A stretch of 64,000 bases of DNA from Candidatus Chisholmbacteria bacterium RIFCSPHIGHO2_01_FULL_52_32 (GTDB taxonomy: Bacteria; Patescibacteriota; Microgenomatia; UBA1400; Chisholmbacteraceae), in contig MHCJ01000003.1 in assembly GCA_001816585.1 (NCBI GenBank), forward strand, positions 426,971 through 490,970, given 5' to 3'. Positions 46,161 to 53,917 of the stretch are shown piece after piece (positions within the stretch are counted from its first letter, which is position 1; each line of letters starts with the position of its first letter). The notes under the pieces were generated by a model. That model searched no databases. It saw only the letters and a list, made by a program, of their open reading frames with translations, and was not told the DNA's origin. Both the position numbers and the translations under genes were made by a program.

Positions 46161-47791
46161 CGGAGCTCCCCAATCTCAAATGCCACTTCTCCATCGGGGA
46201 AGTAAACAAGTTCAAGGCGTTTTGCCTCTTTGGGCAATTCCGTCGGGGCTGCAACTATAAGCCATTTTTGGTTCTGGCTTGAACTTTTGTCCGGAATGCC
46301 TCCGAATCTATACCTGTCAAAACTTTCAACCGTCCAAAACCCATACCAATCTCGCTGGGCAACCCTGGTAGTCCAAAAGAGCCGAGGATCGAAACCTTGG
46401 TAGAAAAGCAGGTAGATATATGGCCGGCCATACTTGTTCGTGATAAAGACCTGATCGTAATCCCCCTGCATTTGGGAAACGCGGTTAATCATCTGTTTGT
46501 AGCCGTACTGCCAGGATCCCGCCCATTTGTCCGGATAGTGAACGAAATAGGTATGGAGATAGCTTGTGGCAAATAGAACATAGCTTATGGATAAAACGAT
46601 CAGATACAAACGCTTTTTTTTAACTATTTGGTAGAGTGCAATCGCCCCAACGGATGCAATAATTTGCGGTACCGGAAGGACATTGAGGGTGCGCAATGCG
46701 TGAGGTGTTTCGCGTGCTGTCGCCGCTGGGATAACGCCAACGAGCCACCAAAAAAATAAAATTATGGCAGCCGGATGTTTTTTTCTGATCAAGAAGTAGA
46801 TGCCGGCAAGAATAAGCGGCAGTTCAGTTGGATAAAATATCCCTTGGTCACGTGTCCCCAGTCTCGGATTGCCGTCTCCCGAAACGAACAGAAAATCCGC
46901 ACGAAAATGGTCTGCGTAATGCTTGGCAAACTCCAGGGAAAACTGAACCCTTCGATTATGCAGGATCCTTGACCACCATGCGTTGTTGTCCCTGGCTATC
47001 CGTTCATTTGCGGTCACCACCGGGTCAAGATTCTTAAAGATTGTTACCTCTTCAAAACGAAGCCTGCCTTCGCGGGAGAGGAGGAACGGTATCTGAGGAA
47101 CAACAAGTGCTATCCCCAGCACTATCGCCACTACTGTCCATCTCTTTTGTGCAAACAGCTGGCTTCGATAAATCGCTGCCAATCCGAGTACGAGGAGAGG
47201 CACGAATATCCGATGAGTATTGAAGGTGTACATGGAGAAAGCGAAAAGGATAAAACTCAAAACTAAAAACTTTCCATTTTTCATGCCTTTCATAAACAAA
47301 TACACCCCAGCGATGCTGAGGAATGTGGCGAGGTTTGCTTCAAATGCTGCTCTGGAAAATTGGATATGCCATGGCGAAATCGCAAGGAGCAGCGCCGCCA
47401 GGGCGGCGATTGCTATATTGTTAAATTGTTTTATTGTCTTATTGATCGTGAATAACTCTTTGACGAGGAAGTAGGTCACGAGGACCGTGAGGGTGCCGGC
47501 AAGGGCGGACGGAAAACGGACGGCAAATTCGTTTAGACCAAAGAGAGCAATCGAGGGAACCGTTGCGTAAATGTATCCGGGTGGTTTGTAGTCACCAAAA
47601 GCGATAAAACGAGCAATCGGAAGAAATTCTCCATGTTCATCACGACCGGTTGTAAGAATACTGTACGCGTTATATCCCAGGGACGCCTCGTCCCAGTACA
47701 ATGACGGGGGAGTTGTCCCGAGTCTGTAGAATCGAAGCACGACCGCGAGGATAATGATGGCGAGTAGTGTAATTATTTCTTTCTTCTTCAT
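46157..47791 (-). CDS. GT-C membrane glycosyltransferase (ArnT/PMT-like), paralog B
   Basis: WDEASLGYNAYSILTTGRDEHG, DYKPP, AVRFPSA, SPWHIQFSR..FE, PHALR, WQYGYK. Confidence 0.9.
   Translation of the reverse strand: MKKKEIITLLAIIILAVVLRFYRLGTTPPSLYWDEASLGYNAYSILTTGRDEHGEFLPIARFIAFGDYKPPGYIYATVPSIALFGLNEFAVRFPSALAGTLTVLVTYFLVKELFTINKTIKQFNNIAIAALAALLLAISPWHIQFSRAAFEANLATFLSIAGVYLFMKGMKNGKFLVLSFILFAFSMYTFNTHRIFVPLLVLGLAAIYRSQLFAQKRWTVVAIVLGIALVVPQIPFLLSREGRLRFEEVTIFKNLDPVVTANERIARDNNAWWSRILHNRRVQFSLEFAKHYADHFRADFLFVSGDGNPRLGTRDQGIFYPTELPLILAGIYFLIRKKHPAAIILFFWWLVGVIPAATARETPHALRTLNVLPVPQIIASVGAIALYQIVKKKRLYLIVLSISYVLFATSYLHTYFVHYPDKWAGSWQYGYKQMINRVSQMQGDYDQVFITNKYGRPYIYLLFYQGFDPRLFWTTRVAQRDWYGFWTVESFDRYRFGGIPDKSSSQNQKWLIVAAPTELPKEAKRLELVYFPDGEVAFEIGELR
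47252..47272. repeat. 7-nt tandem repeat (AAAACTN)x3 inside a GT-C CDS
   Basis: aaaactc aaaacta aaaactt; encodes KFLVLSF. Confidence 0.55.
47373..47479. repeat. Copy 2 of the 107-bp near-identical direct repeat
   Basis: Differs from 41364-41470 at two synonymous positions (Lys AAA/AAG, Glu GAA/GAG). Confidence 0.9.
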
Positions 47792-47808
47792 GGTTGTCTA
47801 TTAATCTC

Positions 47809-48150
47809 CTACTTCAGCATCTTTTGGAGTTCGAACAGAAAGACCAGCGGGTAGAGCGCGATGATTAAGTAAAGTACGTTCCATGCTTTTCCTCCCCTTT
47901 TGGCGATGAAGTAGAGGACTGCAAGGAAAGCGATCGCGCCCAGAGGACTTAATACCTCACCTAAGAACTTCGGCGAAAGGTAGTGGAAGTAGCAGCGGGC
48001 GTAATTGAGGAAGAAAAACACCGGTTTGTTGTGCAAAACCCGTGTGAGCCATAAGGGAGTACCGCTTGGTCCATCCGTCGTAATTGCTTCCCAGATTTGG
48101 AGAGGGACATCGGTGGTAATTGCCACATGCGTGCAGAACAATCCTTCCAT
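47809..48150 (-). CDS. Small membrane protein homologous to the RxxHNK loop of neighbouring GT-C paralogs
   Basis: TDGPSGTPLWLTRVLHNK...YFHYLSPKFL aligns with EDGGVGLPIVVTRLFHNK...YFKYVSLNFL of 51349-52977. The ATG is 2 nt after the upstream stop. Confidence 0.75.
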   Translation of the reverse strand: MEGLFCTHVAITTDVPLQIWEAITTDGPSGTPLWLTRVLHNKPVFFFLNYARCYFHYLSPKFLGEVLSPLGAIAFLAVLYFIAKRGGKAWNVLYLIIALYPLVFLFELQKMLK

Positions 48151-48152
48151 AG

Positions 48153-49688
48153 TTATATCTCCCAAATGTTAAATACCGTATCGCCATTTACCATTTTTAT
48201 CTGTTCGTAACCGGTCTTTTCGTCCGGCTTCTGCCAGAATGGCGCGATAATTAGGGCTCGTTTCCCAGTTTTGGCAATCTCCCAAGCGTATTGGAAGTAC
48301 TTCACTTTCCCCATCTCTTTTGCGGGGTTCGAGAGTTTGTGATAATCCGAAGGCTCAACGGGAAGGTAAAACGCAACGTAAAGTGGTGGTAGTGCATCGC
48401 TCACAAATATTTCGTCGTATGCGTCCCATCGCTTTGCAATTATCTCCACCGTTTCTTTTATTCCGTCTTGCCAATCGAGGGCTGTCTCCCGCGGATAATG
48501 GATGTAGTACTGATGGATGTACAACAGGATGTTGTAACCAACTGCCAGAGCGAGTACACCCAGTACCAAAATTCTGGTTGCCTCCCGTTTTTGACGGTTG
48601 ATTACCTTCAGTACCCCTACGGCTCCGATTGCCGTTATGATCTCCCACGCCGGAAGCATGTTCAAAGTACGGATCGCATGGGGATTGATGTTTGAGAGGG
48701 AAACCGATACGGGAGCAAGGAGAAGCCAGGCAAATACCATGTTTCTTCCGTTCCCTTTTCCTTTGATCAGGGTCCGGAGGCCGAGAAGAACCAGCGGCAG
48801 TTCAAATACATAGAGCATTCCAAGCTTTCTTACACTGTGCCTTCCATTTTGATCACCTCTGAAAAAGAGAAATGTGGTATCGAAATTTGCGAGATAATTT
48901 TCAAACACTTTGGGGAAGAGCTTTTCTTTTCCGATGATGCTTTCGGAATACGCACGGATGACCGCTTCTCCCGAAATGATCGACGGGACAAAGGGAAGAC
49001 TTAAGATCACACCCGTTACGACAGCGGTGGCAAGATCCCTTTTTGCTTTCATTACATTCTTCCTGCAAATCCAGACCAAAGCCAGGAGTATAAGGGGTGC
49101 AAACAAGCGTGTGCTGATATACGTAGCTGCGGAGAGTAAGAACAAGATGACAGAAACGGTTAACCACATCCCATGTTTACGAAGTGATACAAGAAATGCG
49201 TACCACCCTGCAACAAGGAAGAACAAGGCGAGGTTCGCCTCAAAGCCTCCCCGAGAAAATTGGAGATGCCATGGCGAAATCGCAAGAAGCAGTGCAGCTA
49301 CTGCCGCAATGGCTGATGGCTGATGGCTGATGGCTGATGGCTTTTTTTCAAACAGTTCAACGACGAGGAAGTACATCAGAAGAACCGTGAGGGTGCCGGC
49401 AAGGGCGGAGGGGAAACGGACGGCAAAATCCGATCTGCCAAGGAGCTTTACACTGATGGCTGCTATGTAAATATAGCCCGGATATTTGTAGTCTCCAAAA
49501 GCCCGAAAACTTACCGGTAAACTTTTTCCATATTGGTCCTTTCCCGTTTGCGCAATGGAGTATGCGTTATACCCGATCGAAATCTCATCCCAGTAGAGCC
49601 CGGGTGGCATTACGGCAAGATTGTAAAACCTTAAGACTCCGGCCAGGATCGTGATTAAGCTTAAGAGGAGGATCGTTTTCGCTTTCAT
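48153..49688 (-). CDS. GT-C membrane glycosyltransferase (ArnT/PMT-like), paralog C
   Basis: WDEISIGYNAYSI..TGKDQYG, DYK, AVRFPSA, SPWHLQFSR, PHAIR. Confidence 0.9.
   Translation of the reverse strand: MKAKTILLLSLITILAGVLRFYNLAVMPPGLYWDEISIGYNAYSIAQTGKDQYGKSLPVSFRAFGDYKYPGYIYIAAISVKLLGRSDFAVRFPSALAGTLTVLLMYFLVVELFEKKPSAISHQPSAIAAVAALLLAISPWHLQFSRGGFEANLALFFLVAGWYAFLVSLRKHGMWLTVSVILFLLSAATYISTRLFAPLILLALVWICRKNVMKAKRDLATAVVTGVILSLPFVPSIISGEAVIRAYSESIIGKEKLFPKVFENYLANFDTTFLFFRGDQNGRHSVRKLGMLYVFELPLVLLGLRTLIKGKGNGRNMVFAWLLLAPVSVSLSNINPHAIRTLNMLPAWEIITAIGAVGVLKVINRQKREATRILVLGVLALAVGYNILLYIHQYYIHYPRETALDWQDGIKETVEIIAKRWDAYDEIFVSDALPPLYVAFYLPVEPSDYHKLSNPAKEMGKVKYFQYAWEIAKTGKRALIIAPFWQKPDEKTGYEQIKMVNGDTVFNIWEI
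49309..49342. repeat. Perfect 7-nt tandem repeat (ATGGCTG)x4.9 inside a GT-C CDS
   Basis: atggctg x4 + atggct; encodes PSAISHQPSAI. Confidence 0.95.
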
Positions 49689-51352
49689 CTTTTCATGATT
49701 GAAACTGTCGGTTCACCGTTTGGAAGTCTAATGACCTTCAGCGCTTCATCCCTTTGTGATTTGGGCGTCTGTGCATAGAGATCAACAAGCAGCACCGGAG
49801 TTTCCGATGGACCTTCGCTGTAATTGATAGGTTGAAATAGAAACTTCCCGAATTTATTTTTGGTTTCCAGAAATCCTCCGGAAACCGTACCTCCGTCGAT
49901 ATTTATGTACGTCCACGGATCGTATTTTGTGTAGAACGCGAAGAAGTTCTGCGGTTGTCGGAGGTTGGTGGAAACGATCACTTTCGAGTTTTCGTCTTTA
50001 TGAAGATCAGCGTACTCCGCCGCCTCTTTATATCCATACTGCCAACTTTCCGCAAACTCAAGCGGCCCATGGACATAGTACTGATGGAGATAGTGATATA
50101 CGCTTCCGGCAACGAGTACGGCCGAAAGCATGAAGGTGACTATGCGCAAACCCTTCCTCATTTTCTTAACTGCGGCAAGAGCGGTAAGGACGCCGACTGC
50201 CGAGAAAATTTGCAGTGTCGGCAACGCTACGGTCATCCTTACTGAGCTTGGGATATCCCACGTCAGTGCCGAGGCAACCGGCGACAAAAGAAACCAACCG
50301 AGGAGAATTCCGAATGGCCGGCGGTCCTTGAGATGTGCCATTTTGCAGAGTCCGAGAAGAATAAGCGGCAATTCACCAAGGTAGAGGAGACCGACGTTCG
50401 GCGCATGATTGTACGGCATCCCTTTCGTTCCTAAGAATAAAAGGTCTGGTTGAAAGTGCTTTAGATAGCCGTCGCTAACCGTCAGAAATCCGGCGAAGTA
50501 TCGGTTGTGCAGGAACTTCACCCCCAGCCAGTCTTGTCTTTGAGCATCAACTACTCTCCTTCCTGTTTCTTTCTCAACAAGTCCCGGGTGCTCGAAGACG
50601 CTGGTTCCCTTAAATCGCATGAGCCCTGCTTGGGAAAATAGAATTGGGGAAAGCGGAAGGCTGAGGATTAAGAAAGCGAATGCCGCAATGCAGGCATCTC
50701 GCCTTTTTAGCCAAATGGTTTTCCCGTAAATTCCGGCAAGGGCGACCAAAAAGAGCGGAATAAAAAGCCTCGAAGTTTGATAGGTGTACAAAGAGAGGCT
50801 GAAGCTTGCCGCCGTGCCTATCCACCAACGGCCGTTTCCTCGAATACCTTTGAGAAATGTCCAGACGCCTAAAACGGTTAGGAATACCGCGATGTTGGTT
50901 TCAAATGCAACACGGGAGACCTGAAGGTGCCATGGCGAAATTGCGAGGAGAAGTGCGGCGATTTCGCCAACTGAAAACTGAAAACTGAAAACTGACAACT
51001 TTAGCCTCGGGAAAAGTTCCCTCACAAGAAAATAGGTCAAGAGGACCGTGAGAGTGCCGGCAAGGGCGGAGGGAAAGCGGACGGCAAATGGATTGAGGCC
51101 GGAGGCTGCAATTGAGGGAACCGAGAGGTAAATATACAGGGGCGGTTTGTAATCGTCGTGGGAGCGAAAGACGAGCGGCAAGCGCTTCCCATACTCATCC
51201 ATTCCCGTTTTGAGAATTGAGTAGGCGTTATAGCCGATCGCGACTTCATCGAGGTTCAGGCTTGGAGGATTTTTTCCGAGTTGATAGAATCGCAGCACCG
51301 CGGCGAGCGTGACTATAGCTGCTAGGGTAAATCCTGTTCGCATTTCCCTCAC
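49685..51352 (-). CDS. GT-C membrane glycosyltransferase (ArnT/PMT-like), paralog D
   Basis: LDEVAIGYNAYSILKTGMDEYG, DYKPPLY, AVRFPSA, SPWHLQVSR, WQYGYK. Confidence 0.9.
   Translation of the reverse strand: MREMRTGFTLAAIVTLAAVLRFYQLGKNPPSLNLDEVAIGYNAYSILKTGMDEYGKRLPLVFRSHDDYKPPLYIYLSVPSIAASGLNPFAVRFPSALAGTLTVLLTYFLVRELFPRLKLSVFSFQFSVGEIAALLLAISPWHLQVSRVAFETNIAVFLTVLGVWTFLKGIRGNGRWWIGTAASFSLSLYTYQTSRLFIPLFLVALAGIYGKTIWLKRRDACIAAFAFLILSLPLSPILFSQAGLMRFKGTSVFEHPGLVEKETGRRVVDAQRQDWLGVKFLHNRYFAGFLTVSDGYLKHFQPDLLFLGTKGMPYNHAPNVGLLYLGELPLILLGLCKMAHLKDRRPFGILLGWFLLSPVASALTWDIPSSVRMTVALPTLQIFSAVGVLTALAAVKKMRKGLRIVTFMLSAVLVAGSVYHYLHQYYVHGPLEFAESWQYGYKEAAEYADLHKDENSKVIVSTNLRQPQNFFAFYTKYDPWTYINIDGGTVSGGFLETKNKFGKFLFQPINYSEGPSETPVLLVDLYAQTPKSQRDEALKVIRLPNGEPTVSIMKR
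50969..51000. repeat. 7-nt tandem repeat (AACTGAA)x4.5 inside a GT-C CDS
   Basis: aactgaa x3, aactgac, aact; encodes LSVFSFQFSV. Confidence 0.92.
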
Positions 51353-52977
51353 TCCTTTGTCAAGAACTGCATAGCGATCGTCTGATCGGGCCTTCTTACG
51401 ACGTTCACTACTTTTGCTCCTTTAACTTCACCGCACTCTCCTACGTTTCCGTAGAGTGTTTTTCCCTCCGCCACTGTACGTTCATTCAATGGACAAGGGT
51501 CTCTGACGAAACGAACTTTCTCTCCAAAATCCCAATCTCCTTGAACGTTTCTTTTGTCATTTACAAGCTTCTGCGCAAGAGAAGGATCAGTTTTTGTAAA
51601 GAACAGGAAGTACAAATATGGCTCTGTCCCTGATTTACTGATGAGAATTTTGTCATACTTGCTTTGGACCTGGTTTACGTAGGCTACGATCTCCGGGAAC
51701 TGGATATTTCTGTTCCATGGCTGATGCAAGGGCTGATGGATAGTGTACTGATGGCTGAATCGTCCAATCTCCCAGACGACCCCAACAACGAATAAAACTG
51801 TTACCAGCGTACGCAGTAGCTTGGCTCTTTTTTGCACTTTTCTGTAAACAAACACGAACCCCATCGCCGTAATGATCTGAAAACCGGGGAGCATGAAGAC
51901 CGATCGTTGAATGTTGGGCGCATCTTCGGTTGTTAACGCTGCCGGAAGACCTCCTGCGAGAAACCAAAATAGTGCGTAGGCACTTGAAAGCTTGAATCGT
52001 TTTACTGCGGCGAAGAGCCCGAGGAGGAAAAAAGGCGCTTCAAACCAATACTGCAAAGTTTGTTCCGGAACCACATAGCGAGTCGGGTAACCGCCTTGGA
52101 CGAACAGGAAATTGAGACTTACGTATTTGAAATACTCCCGAAAGAACTCGCGAGCGCTGTTCTCGACTTTATTGTGAAAGAGGCGCGTCACCACAATGGG
52201 GAGCCCCACGCCCCCATCTTCCAGGAATGATGTTTGGAGGCGTGCCACGGCTGACTGGGGTGTAATATTGCCAATCTGTCGGTAGCGAGCAAGTCCGGCT
52301 CCGCTTTGTATCGTCACCCATACCGGCAGGACGGTAAAGAGCGCCAGCATGAGCGACAACACCAACGCTTGGGATTTTCGGTGCTTTACTAAAAGGAAAA
52401 TGATCCAAAAGAGCGCGTGGATATAGATGAACGGTCGTACTCCAATGTAGGAAAAGTACGTTACGACCCAGGAAAGATAGGTTAGCAGCAGTAATGCTGT
52501 ACCCTTGGATTTTACCCAAGACACCAGCAAAAGCATTGATCCCAAAAAGAAAACGAGGCCGAGAGCTCCGTCTGTCGTCGACCGCGAGAGGATGATGTGC
52601 CACGGGGAAACGGCAAACAGAGCACTTGAGAGTAATGCCAGTTGTTCGTCGTCAAAAAGCTTTTTGACAAGAACATATGTGAGGAAGACGGCAAATACCC
52701 CAAGAAGCGCAACCGAAAACCGTACGGCAAACACATTGACACCGAAGAGCGCTATCCAAGGGGACGTAAGGTACATCGAAAGCATTGGGCGGGCTTCGTT
52801 GTAAAAACTGGTATGGAGTGGTAAGAAGTTCCCGTTTTCGTCGCGGAGAGTTTTTAAGATCGAGTAGGCGTTATAGCCCACCTGAACTTCATCCATATCG
52901 AAGCCTGCCGGGAAACGGTCAAGCCATAGAAGCCGCAAGATCGCTGCCAGAATTAAAATCAGATACAGTTTCTTCAT
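51349..52977 (-). CDS. GT-C membrane glycosyltransferase (ArnT/PMT-like), paralog E
   Basis: MDEVQVGYNAYSILKTLRDENG, AVRFS, SPWHIILSR, RLFHNK, PNIQR. Confidence 0.9.
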   Translation of the reverse strand: MKKLYLILILAAILRLLWLDRFPAGFDMDEVQVGYNAYSILKTLRDENGNFLPLHTSFYNEARPMLSMYLTSPWIALFGVNVFAVRFSVALLGVFAVFLTYVLVKKLFDDEQLALLSSALFAVSPWHIILSRSTTDGALGLVFFLGSMLLLVSWVKSKGTALLLLTYLSWVVTYFSYIGVRPFIYIHALFWIIFLLVKHRKSQALVLSLMLALFTVLPVWVTIQSGAGLARYRQIGNITPQSAVARLQTSFLEDGGVGLPIVVTRLFHNKVENSAREFFREYFKYVSLNFLFVQGGYPTRYVVPEQTLQYWFEAPFFLLGLFAAVKRFKLSSAYALFWFLAGGLPAALTTEDAPNIQRSVFMLPGFQIITAMGFVFVYRKVQKRAKLLRTLVTVLFVVGVVWEIGRFSHQYTIHQPLHQPWNRNIQFPEIVAYVNQVQSKYDKILISKSGTEPYLYFLFFTKTDPSLAQKLVNDKRNVQGDWDFGEKVRFVRDPCPLNERTVAEGKTLYGNVGECGEVKGAKVVNVVRRPDQTIAMQFLTKE

Positions 52978-53020
52978 GTTTTTAATTCCATCCCGTACAA
53001 TCTTGGTTCTGCCTTCCCTT

Positions 53021-53917
53021 TTAACCGAATTTTCCCAGTACTTCCCGATCGGACACGATACATAGTCGTTTTTCTTTCCATCTTTTCCTTATAGCTTGGG
53101 GGAACTTTAGAAAGGCTTTAAGCGTCCCCGCCACGAATGCCTTGTCGCTTGTGCAAACTGCCCTGAGGAATAACCAGGGAAGCCACACGATGTGACTGAC
53201 GATCATGGCCGGATCATGGATATTCTTCCAGACAAAGAGAATCTGATTTTTCGCAGCTATCCTCCGAATCCGCTCCCTCCCAAACGCGCTGACGTTGGTG
53301 CTTTCCGGTTCATGATGAACAATAGATTGCGGTTCGAAATGAACTTCCCATCCCCTTTTCCAAGCGCGATACGAGAGGTCGATGTCCTCCCAGTAGGCAG
53401 GGTGAAATAGCGTGTCCATACCCCGAAGCTTGAGCCACATTTCTCGGCGAAACGCCGCGCTTCCGCCGAATGCCCAGAGGGTTGGTCCGGGCGTTCGGTT
53501 TTTGGCTTCGGCGTGGACGAGGAGGCCCTTTTCAAATCTTCCGATCGCTTTTCCCCGTGTTTTCTCTCCAACCATCTCTTGGCATCCGACCGCAAAGACC
53601 CCTGGATCGTTAAAGTGCGGTTCAAGCGCTGTGAGAAAATTCGGCTCGGGATAAACGTCCGTGTTCAGAAGAATTACAATCTCTCCTTTCGCGTGCTGAA
53701 CACCTCTGTTACAGGCTTTCGCAAACCGGAGATTTTTGGAGTTTACCAAAAGGCGAACCTCGGGATATTTTGCTTTCAGGAGTTCTACGCTCTCGTCTGT
53801 TGAGGCATCGTCGACCACAATGACTTCATTTTTCCCAGCCGCCTTTAAAACCTCAGGGAGGTTCTTCTTAAGAAGATGAGCCCCATTATAATTCGGAATA
53901 ACGATAGAGAATTTCAT
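53021..53917 (-). CDS. GT2 glycosyltransferase (WbbL-like rhamnosyltransferase type)
   Basis: IPNYNG, VDDASTD, ACNRG, LLNTD, AYWEDIDLSYRA. Start trimmed to MKFSIV (53917). Confidence 0.9.
   Translation of the reverse strand: MKFSIVIPNYNGAHLLKKNLPEVLKAAGKNEVIVVDDASTDESVELLKAKYPEVRLLVNSKNLRFAKACNRGVQHAKGEIVILLNTDVYPEPNFLTALEPHFNDPGVFAVGCQEMVGEKTRGKAIGRFEKGLLVHAEAKNRTPGPTLWAFGGSAAFRREMWLKLRGMDTLFHPAYWEDIDLSYRAWKRGWEVHFEPQSIVHHEPESTNVSAFGRERIRRIAAKNQILFVWKNIHDPAMIVSHIVWLPWLFLRAVCTSDKAFVAGTLKAFLKFPQAIRKRWKEKRLCIVSDREVLGKFG

Noticed and set aside
41211-47474. Near-identical plus-strand 84-aa ORFs (41211-41465 and 47220-47474) that look like a duplicated small gene
   Set aside because: They are the antisense reading of the 107-bp repeat inside the GT-C genes.
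30443-51000. Repeat arrays as CRISPR or as DGR template/variable repeats
   Set aside because: There is no repeat-spacer structure and no cas or reverse-transcriptase gene. The 107-bp pair has only two synonymous A/G differences inside intact paralogs, too few to support adenine mutagenesis.
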